A stretch of 32,330 nucleotides of DNA, taken from assembly GCA_000320545.1 (NCBI GenBank), contig ADNK01001408.1:1-32330 (forward strand), written 5' to 3'. Positions 24,567-32,330 of this stretch are shown here, piece by piece. The translations under genes and the position numbers were made by a program. This stretch comes from Bigelowiella natans CCMP2755 (Eukaryota > Protista > Cercozoa). Within the stretch, counting starts at the first letter, position 1. Each line of letters starts with the position of its first letter. The notes beneath the pieces are model-generated. The model saw only the letters and a program-made list of their open reading frames with translations, was not told where the DNA came from and made no database searches.

Positions 24567-26036
24567 ATGGCTGACGAACGTCCCGAGCAGCTGTTTGTAT
24601 TAAAAAGGGGCGCGCCGAAGAGCGACCGAGTCAACCGGCAAACCCAGAAGCCAAAATCAAGCCTCATCTATAGAAAAGGCTCCCGGCCTACGTGGGCTGG
24701 CGATGACAGCGACGAGGATGAAGACGAAGAAGGAGAGAGACACGTATTACAAAGAGTGTGGGATGATGACGATGCCGTTGACAACCTTCGTGCATCGAGG
24801 CGGCCAGGGAGACGGGTAGCACGAATTGAGAAAATAGAAACGTCTTTAAGAAGAAAGGTAGCGGAGCCGGTCATCGTCTCTACCCGCACTATTGCAGAAC
24901 CAGTTGTTGTAAAACAAGAAAAGCTAGAGGATGATGAAGATGATGGAGAAAAGACTACTGTAGCACGTGTTGTGAAAAAGGAGATCGACATAGATGTTAG
25001 CCAGCTTGAGGTGCCCGAGGGCCCAGAAGACGATGATGAGGATGATGAGGAAAGCGAAGAGGATGACGTAGATGATCGCCGGGCAAGGATGCGAAAGAAA
25101 AAGTTGGAGAAAATGAAAGCGGAAGAGGAGAGGAAGGCCAAATTAGAAGCCGAGAAGCAGAAAGAAGCCGACGAGGATGAAGACGAAGACGAAGATGAGG
25201 ATGAATCGGGTTCAGAATACAGCGAGTCAGAAGAGGAAATGCCATCGAGGCCTTTACTACGACCTGTTTTTGTGTCAAAAAGGCAAAGACAAACAATTGA
25301 GGAGCGCAAAAAGATGGAGGCAGAGGAAGAGGCTTATGTGGAAGAACAAAGGCTCAGGGAGGTTGAGAGGAAGGAAGAAGCAAGGAAGCTTGTGATAAAG
25401 CAACTTAAAGAGGAGGAGGAGGCCAAATTGAGGGCGAAGGATGATGAGCTACCCGATGATACAGATGGAATCAACGAAGAAGAAGAACGCAAGGCGTGGG
25501 CTCTCCGCGAGCTTCGTAGGTTGAAGCGAGACCAAGAAAAACAACAGGCAGAAGAAGACGAGAAGGCTGAGGTTGAGAAACGCAGGAATATGACTGATGA
25601 CGAAATAGCTGCTCTTAATCGTCGAAAACCAGAGAAAGATAGAGGGAAGATGAAATTCCTTCAAAAGTACTTCCACAAAGGAGCGTTCTATCAAGACTCA
25701 GATCATGCTATATTTAAGCGTGATTTTAATAAGGCCACTGGAGTGGACGCTGAGGTCGATAAAGAAAGGTTACCGAAGGTGTTGCAAGTCAAGAACTTCG
25801 GAAAGATGAGCAGAACGAAGTACACCCACCTCGTTGATCAAGATACGACATTCGCTGGAAAGACGAAAAGGGAACTTGAAGATGAAGCGGAAGAAAAGCG
25901 CAAAACTGGATTTGGCTCAACCCGTCTCACCAAAAGGAAGCTGGCAGGCACAGGCAGGGTGGATGAAGCTTTCCAGAGGCCGAAAGCCAGGAAAAAAAAT
26001 GCTACTTCGGACAGCAGTAGTAGTAGTAAGAAATAA
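24567..26036 (+). CDS. MFAP1: Microfibrillar-associated protein 1 (spliceosomal B-complex factor), intronless, 489 aa
   Basis: LRPVFVSKRQRQTI, WALRELRRLKRD, KMKFLQKYFHKGAFYQD, LPKVLQVKNFGKMSRTKYTHLVDQDTT. Confidence 0.96.
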   Translation: MADERPEQLFVLKRGAPKSDRVNRQTQKPKSSLIYRKGSRPTWAGDDSDEDEDEEGERHVLQRVWDDDDAVDNLRASRRPGRRVARIEKIETSLRRKVAEPVIVSTRTIAEPVVVKQEKLEDDEDDGEKTTVARVVKKEIDIDVSQLEVPEGPEDDDEDDEESEEDDVDDRRARMRKKKLEKMKAEEERKAKLEAEKQKEADEDEDEDEDEDESGSEYSESEEEMPSRPLLRPVFVSKRQRQTIEERKKMEAEEEAYVEEQRLREVERKEEARKLVIKQLKEEEEAKLRAKDDELPDDTDGINEEEERKAWALRELRRLKRDQEKQQAEEDEKAEVEKRRNMTDDEIAALNRRKPEKDRGKMKFLQKYFHKGAFYQDSDHAIFKRDFNKATGVDAEVDKERLPKVLQVKNFGKMSRTKYTHLVDQDTTFAGKTKRELEDEAEEKRKTGFGSTRLTKRKLAGTGRVDEAFQRPKARKKNATSDSSSSSKK

Positions 26037-27059
26037 TAGCGTCATCTAGATCTTCATATGTTGTGGATCAGTGCGATGATGATCTCATCCAGATTCGTGA
26101 CGGCCATCGAATGTGGTACATTCTAGTCGAAACGATCGCTCTTAGCAGCCTAAACTACAACTTTTGTGCTTTATATTGAGTTGCTGTATGCGTGCATGCA
26201 TGTACATTGTATTAAAGCACGCAGCTCCACACTACATACATGCATTGCTGTCGTCATGCGCCCGGTTATACGGTGCATAACGGTACGTCTGCTGCCGTAC
26301 GTACCAACATAAACACATATGCCAATCTAGCAATGGCAAACAACAGACTTGATCTACATTGTCTAGTTGCGTGTGTATATATAATATGAGACGGATGTAT
26401 TAATAAAGTAATTAAAATTTTCAATGATCATATCCTAATGTAGCTAGGCAAAGCAGCCGCTACATACAGCGCTCATCATGCTGTAACTGTTTGCATTAGG
26501 CAGCAACAATGTGCTTCATGCATGCATGAAAAAGCATCCGCCATGTGTTGTCGTTACATCGTCGATGTGTGTGTGATCTAGTGATGTGCAAGCTAGTATA
26601 ACAACAATGAATCATCATGATCGACCGCCATGCAATGGCAGCATGCCAATTAGCATGCCAGCATGGTGTGCTAATATGTATAAGCATACCGAGCATGCCC
26701 TCTATACCTCTAGCCCTCGCAAAGCGATGCGACTGTGACACAACCATCAGCAGTCGCAATGATTTGTCATTGTTGCTTGCACATCACACATCGCAATGAG
26801 GCGATGATGCGACTGCATTGTGCTGTTTTGTCATCACGTTGTCTCATGTCACATAGCACGTGTAGCTTCACACGCACACTCAACGTGACTGCGGCACAAT
26901 GCATTAACACGCTACGTGCATCACAATTGCTTGCAGCTACATGCGTATGCGTGTTCACCTCTCAACTTCAAGAAAAAGTTCAAATGTAGCAGTGATGCTA
27001 GCATGTTGAATTTAGAATGGTGCAATTTCATGACGGAAAAGATGGGATCGATGATCTTC

Positions 27060-27537
27060 TTATTTCTTGTGCTCTGCTTCCACTTTCATCCAATCCACCA
27101 CCTTAGGATGCTCATGCACTGTCTTATAAATTGCCTGAGTTTTGGATAAATACAAGAGAGTCCAAACTCAGTAAGAAAGAGCAAAATCCGAAATTACCAT
27201 GTTGTATTTACTATCATGATTCTTCGTCACTCATCATCATTCCGCAAATACTACCTCCAGAGTATTGCACTTGGAGCTTACATCCGAGGAGATACCGTCA
27301 AGACGCCCCGACTTGAAATTGCGGAGAGACGTGTAGATCATGATGTCAGCGATGGTCATCTTCGAACCGACTGCATACTTCGACTTGTTCTTGCTTAGAA
27401 TTGCATCTAACTTTCCCAGCTTTCCAGAGATCTGAGAAATATTGCATGTGCAGCAGTTGTTTGAATACAAGTTATTACACAGTGGTGTATTTCTATATGT
27501 GGTGTATGTGCGTCCGTGCGCGCGTGTGTGCGTGGTA

Positions 27538-27581
<44 letters not shown>

Positions 27582-28280
27582 CATGAGCACTCAAAGTTCC
27601 AGTCATTACAATGTCGTTGAGCCTTCCGCGAACTTCCATTTTCTGCTTTTCATCCTTCCAATTTTCCAAGCCATATCTTTCCGGAAATCTAATTTCACAC
27701 TTGAATGGTAAGCGTGCGGCAAACAAAAGTGCTAGCTCCTTTCCACAGCAAGCAATCAGATTGAAGGATAAAAAATCTCATCAAAGAGCGCATATATGGT
27801 TCGGCCTCGTGCACGCACGTACATTGACATGCTGAGAGGGAACATCACATCCTCCAAAGTCATAATAGCAGAATCAACTTCCATGGCTTCTAAGACATTC
27901 GAGGGGTACAGCCCAGCCTCTACGCCAGCATACTTGAGGATTGCGAACGACTGAATTACGGGAGGGAGGAGTATGAGAATTGATAGTTGTTGACGAGTGT
28001 GTCCTTGAACCTGTGCGTACACGTTCCCACAAACGGTGAGAGTTGGAAGCTGGCCGAGAGGAAGCTTGCCATTCTTCTTTAAGTCTGCAAAAGCCTCGCT
28101 GAATTTCAAAAAGGCATAGCATGAGGGCGTAGCATCAGCAACTAGGGTTGTCGCTTACCGGCTGAGACGCACATCCTTAAATTCGATGTTCCCTATAGCG
28201 AATGCAAGGCGAATAGGGAGGCCGCGGCCTTCTATGTTAAAGTATGTGAGCTCAGGCTTGCTCACTCTCGTCGTGTTCAT
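27060..28280 (-). CDS. Glutathione S-transferase, sigma-like, 222 aa, 6 exons
   Basis: Exons 28280-28159, 28098-28011, 27950-27823, 27688-27610, 27431-27255, 27134-27060 join in frame. Motifs ELTYFNIEGRGLPIRLAF..FKDVR, LPLGQLPTL..AQSFAILKYAG..GLYP, VGSKMTIADI..SGRLDGI, VHEHPKVVDW. Confidence 0.92.
27540..27578. repeat. (TG)n microsatellite in GST intron
   Basis: Directly visible. Confidence 0.9.
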
Positions 28281-28494
28281 AGGGAGGTTGCGGGCTTCAT
28301 GGTTGATTTTTGGAACGTCGAACATTCTCGTCGTGTGTGTTCCAATGGATCCAATGCGGTTTCAGGTGCTCGTTTGCTTTGTTTTTCAGTTGCGAGCACG
28401 CATGTGTGCCCACAAAATGGCTCAAGAATGCATGCCATTTGGAACCTGCGACATATCATTTTCCTCGAAAGTATCTAGAGTACATGTGAGACAG

Positions 28495-30575
28495 AGACAA
28501 GCCAAACAAATCTTCCCCCGATCAACTAGGAATGGACGACGAGGAGTGGCTAGAATGCCATTCTTGATTCCTTTTTGTTTCACTAGTCAGTTCTCACTAG
28601 CCCAAAGTTAGTTCGAGGCACAGTTTTCAGTCCTCACTGAAGCCAGTTCGAGGCACTGCATTTCGCACACTGCAAGTGTCTAGCTTGTCACACTTTGGAA
28701 GTGCATTTTTCACCATTGTTCTCATTGTTCTCATTGATCAAGACTGTCATTGTTCCAAACCTCGCTCCGTGCGTGAGTGAACAAAGTTTGTGAGCAACTT
28801 TTTTCACTCCAGACCAGCAGAGCACGAAGAGCTGCGAGCAGCACGGCCAGACGGTGCCAAAAGTTGTCCTTCGCAATGACTTTTGCTGGGCGAGGTGCAG
28901 CTGCACGAAAACGATCATGCATCGCCCTTTGCTTGTCACGATCGATCAGCTCCAGAGCTGGATCGCGCGCAACGCCGTCGTGCACGCACACAACACGCAC
29001 ACGCGGTGTTCGTTGCACTGTTGTTTCCAGTTTTGCCTGCAATGACAAGCAGCCTGGCAATGTTCGGTGTGCACAGCTGGACAGGTGCGCACGTGCAGTC
29101 CAACGATGCAACGAGGTCGTTGCGTTCACAATGAACGCGCGCCCACTGTGTCAACGTTCCTCGTGCACGAATCGAGTGTGTTTTTGTCCTTTGGCCACAC
29201 ACCACAAAAAAACACGCTGGAAGCATGCACGCACTCGCTTGGCTTTTCACGCAGCTCACTGTTCTGGTGTTCTGGTGTTTGTTGTGCCCGTTCGCTCGCG
29301 TTTGCTCACTGCGTTGTGTGGTTGGGGGCAGACGTGCGTGCGTGCTGGTCAAAGAACACAAAGAAGCACTCACTTGCCTCTTGCTTGAGTGCATTGGAGC
29401 AACAATGAGGAGCAAATGGAACCTTGGACGTCTGACGTCGCACAAGGGTGCTTTGGCGTTTGACGCTGCTTTCTCGAAGCCAGCAAGACCAGGAGAGCCA
29501 GAGAGGCTTTGACGTGTGTTTGTTGATGGCCGGTGGTTCATCGTTGGACTTTCACGTTCACTTGACGTGCCAACACGAAGTGCACACTTGCTGCTGGTGC
29601 AAGCGCGGCTGAACGAGGCTCTGGCGGTCCAGCGCTCCTCGCCAGCTCGAACAACTGCTGGACAGGACTGGCTGGTGGAGCCAGTAGGCACGTGTGTGCA
29701 CTGGCTTCGACACTTCAATTTGATTTGGGCACGCCAACACGCTGCAACAACAACACGCGCACCACTTGGCCAACCGACGAACGAGTGAGTGGACGAACAA
29801 ATCGAAGAGTGTGAGTTCCAAAGATCCAGCTGAACGGGTCGTCAGAACAAAGTGCACTCCCTCTCCCCTGACCCACGGGAGGACCAACGAAACAATTCCA
29901 GTGGTGCAGTTGAAAGGGTCACTGAACGTGCCAGCTCCAGAGCTCATCACGTCCCCATCGCACAATCGATCAACAAGCGGACCACACACCGTGGCAAAGC
30001 TGGAAAGTTGAGGGGGATTGATCGACGATTGACTCGTGTTCACTCCAACGTCGACGACACCTCCGTGCTTGAGCCTCTCTAGCTCTCACTCGCTCCACCA
30101 GACGGTGTTGTGAGTGAAGGGTTCAAGACTTGTGTTCGTTGTGCCCAGGTGCTTGCTGGGCACAGTTGGTTCGCCGTCAAAGATGAAGTGAGGACGAAAG
30201 GTGAAAAAAATGGGCACCAAGTGCAAATCAATTGCTGCTGCGAGTGAGTCCGCTTTCGGGCAGTGAGCAGCAACTTCACCTGATCGTGCAAGCTTGGTGC
30301 ATCAAGTGGTCGCTTCCGATGCATCGTTGCTTTTTTGGGACAACTACCTGAAAGTGTTTTGTTTGGAGCGCGACACCCGGATGTGCGCGATTTTGTTCAT
30401 TTCTCTTTGTGCACAGCCTGAAAATGACAGAAATTCATGCCATTTTGAGCCACACCGCGATGAAAAGCATTCGGCACAGCAGAGCACCCCCCCTCTCGCT
30501 CCCAAAGCCAGTTTGCTAGGAATCCCTTCGGGAACAAGCCAGAAGAGACAAAAATGGAACAAAATCTCTTGCATT
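28495..30575. other. TpA-depleted tract 3 (largest)
   Basis: Only 2 TpA between 28683 and 30344 (GTAG at 29684, CTAG at 30079); TpA in the flanks are mostly CTAG. Confidence 0.9.
28760..30324 (-). pseudogene. Relic multi-exon gene or element fragment of unknown identity inside tract 3
   Basis: Protein-like segments (SFATVCGPLVDRLCDGDVMSSGAGTFSDPFNCTTGIVSLVLPWVRGEGVHFVLTT; APLCDVRRPRFHLLLIVAPMHSS; KDNFWHRLAVLLAAL) separated by intron-like stretches (e.g. gtgagtgc...acgcag on the - strand). Stops and frameshifts are present; no family recognised. Confidence 0.4.
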
Positions 30576-31305
30576 TTAAGCTTTCGACGGTATCCCGGTT
30601 TGCATTCAGGGTCTAAAATTGACTAATCCTCTTTTTCATTTTTTGCTTGAGGTCACGATCTCGTCTTGGACAAAAGTCGTCATTTTTGTTCAGTCGCATG
30701 CACCGGAAGGCCCAGATGACTGTTCATCGTCAGTTTGGACAGGACAGACATAATCTTAATACCACATCGTGCACCACTAATTGAGGCAAAGTCCGAGAGG
30801 AATCCCCCGCCCTCAACACCATTGTGACAACATAGAAGTAGCGTCCATTAGCATCGGCAAATCAAATATCAGCGATTTCAATACTCCAGACGGTTGTTGA
30901 AATCGAAACTGTACATTGGCAGTACAAATTATATTTAAGCAGCCTTGTTCTTTGAACTTTAACGATAGCCGACGTGTAGCGCGTACCACTACGCGGGCAC
31001 AAGTCACGTGCGACAACAAAGGGGTTGTCGCGGATATAGAATATAGATAACGTAGATATTAATACAGCATAGGCACGTGGGTTCCGGCGGGACTCATGGC
31101 AGCACACCGGAAGTGTGCTGCCCCACGTGCGGCGGCATTCGCGAAAGCTTCGCGAATGATTACGCAGTGCACGATTTAATAAAAATATAATCTTTAATAA
31201 AAATAAACACAACTCTTCAAAAGGAAGCAAACGTGCCTTTCCCCCCCCCTGCCTACTTGTGCACGTAGCGCCTCGGCCTGTGAACACCTTACGCGCAACA
31301 ACCTT

Positions 31306-31323
31306 TGGCTTCCACACACGGGA
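31306..31323 (+). promoter_or_regulatory. Candidate tRNA primer-binding site
   Basis: TGGCTTCCACACACGGGA; the complement TCCCGTGTGTGGAAGCCA has tRNA 3'-end form (C61 C62, G73, CCA). It lies between ...CAACA and the gag ATG. Confidence 0.55.
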
Positions 31324-31339
31324 AACGATTTGACTAACA

Positions 31340-32330
31340 ATGTCACAGCAGCTAGAAGAACAGCAGGACTTTGGCTCGCAGGCCGTGCAAGGGCACGAGC
31401 AGAAACAGGAAAGGAAGGGCGATACGGACGCTAAGGAAGGAGGAGGAACACCTCCACAGGCACCGCCGGGACCAGCACCCGGGATTAAGAAAGCAGATGC
31501 AGCAGCAGAGGCACTGGAGAACTTCTACGAGGCGGACGACGAGGACGTGGCCGCCGAAAGCAAGAAGGTCGTAATGGCATTACGAGCCTTGCGACCCAGG
31601 GCGAGCAACTACGCCAAACTGAAAGTATCGATAGAATACAAGTATCAGACACATGATGTTTGGGCAGCTATCATGCAGGACATCATGGATTACGAAGCAG
31701 ACTTACCTCCAGAGTGGGCAGCTTTGTTTAGGAACGACGGGGGTCTGGGCGCCTCGCGGGGGACGACCCAGAGCACCGTCAAGCAGCAGCAGCCGGTACA
31801 GCGGAACACCCAGTTCATGTCTGTTAAAACAGCACCGGTTATGATAACGAAATACAACGGGAAAAGAGGTGAGGCAAGGAGGTGGTGGAAGAACGCTAGG
31901 AGTATACTCTGCGACTTTACCCCTAACCCCACCGAAAACGACAAGCTCAAATGGCTAGCTATAATAAAGCAAGCCATGGACCTTTACGAGACAGGCAGGA
32001 CCCGGATCAGGCAGCTAGAGAAAATACACACTACAGTTAGTGGGCTACGAGACGTTGAGGCGATAATGAAGGCTTTTGTAAATGAACAGGATGCTAACTC
32101 CCTACCCCAGGCTATTAGAAAATACAGAGCAATGATGCAGCATGAGAGAGAACCTGTTAGAGACTTTGCCACGCGCTTCCAGGATATGATCGACGAACTA
32201 CATGATTTTAATTACAACACAGGTGATGATCAGGCAAGGTTTGAAGAGTTCAAGTTAAAGAAGGAATCCACTTACGTTACGGAGAAAGGCTACACCACGA
32301 TGGAGGCAGCAGTGCAGGCTATATCCCTAC
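31340..32330 (+). CDS. gag: Retrotransposon Gag (capsid) ORF, open to the end of the window; absent from the ORF track because there is no stop
   Basis: 330 stop-free codons, MSQQLEEQQD...ITKYNGKRGEARRWW...KYRAMMQHEREPVRDFATRFQDMIDEL. The last segment matches the capsid major-homology region Q..E.V.D(Y/F)..RF..L. Confidence 0.8.
   Translation, partial: MSQQLEEQQDFGSQAVQGHEQKQERKGDTDAKEGGGTPPQAPPGPAPGIKKADAAAEALENFYEADDEDVAAESKKVVMALRALRPRASNYAKLKVSIEYKYQTHDVWAAIMQDIMDYEADLPPEWAALFRNDGGLGASRGTTQSTVKQQQPVQRNTQFMSVKTAPVMITKYNGKRGEARRWWKNARSILCDFTPNPTENDKLKWLAIIKQAMDLYETGRTRIRQLEKIHTTVSGLRDVEAIMKAFVNEQDANSLPQAIRKYRAMMQHEREPVRDFATRFQDMIDELHDFNYNTGDDQARFEEFKLKKESTYVTEKGYTTMEAAVQAISL

Larger units (their letters stand above)
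30823..32330 (+). mobile_element. 5' end of a Ty3/gypsy-like LTR retrotransposon (putative 5' LTR ~30823-31300, PBS, gag); truncated by window
   Basis: TGT...ACA-bounded segment with AT-rich TATA-like and AATAAA motifs, then a TGG-initiated PBS-like 18-mer and a gag ORF. The left LTR edge is uncertain (alternative ~31026) because the 3' LTR is not in the window. Confidence 0.72.

Noticed and set aside
28582-28658. Short imperfect direct repeat (tcagt.ctcact...agttcgaggcac x2)
   Set aside because: Two short copies only; the differences do not cleanly test the TpA model and there is no evidence of an array or element.
28495-30575. TG/CA excess explained by CpG methylation decay or classical RIP
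   Set aside because: CpG is plentiful in the tracts and TpA is lost rather than gained, the opposite of both signatures.
1-32330. CRISPR arrays, rRNA/tRNA genes, prokaryotic operons
   Set aside because: None seen; the sequence is spliceosomal-intron-containing eukaryotic DNA and the repeats are simple SSRs.

Overview
Gene-dense, intron-containing eukaryotic (protist-like) nuclear DNA. Seven protein-coding genes can be reconstructed with frame-consistent GT-AG splicing. They are the 3' part of SPB1/FTSJ3 (+), a ~2,435-aa TPR/MLP1 nucleoporin (-), JMJD5/KDM8 (+), cytosolic-type threonyl-tRNA synthetase (+), an intronless FPGT/FKP-like sugar-1-phosphate nucleotidyltransferase (+), MFAP1 (+) and a sigma-like glutathione S-transferase (-). 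The window ends in the 5' LTR, candidate PBS and gag of a Ty3/gypsy-like retrotransposon. The most striking signal is three 1-2 kb intergenic tracts (~15414-16382, ~19437-20446, ~28495-30575) almost completely stripped of TpA. TpG/CpA are abundant there, CpG is retained, and nearly all surviving TpA are in CTAG or CTAC/GTAG. The tracts contain relic exons where Tyr appears replaced by Cys/His, and a fossil (AATA)n microsatellite converted to AATG/AACA. This looks like targeted, two-stranded, context-specific TpA A-to-G hypermutation, the mirror image of fungal RIP. All counts were made by eye.
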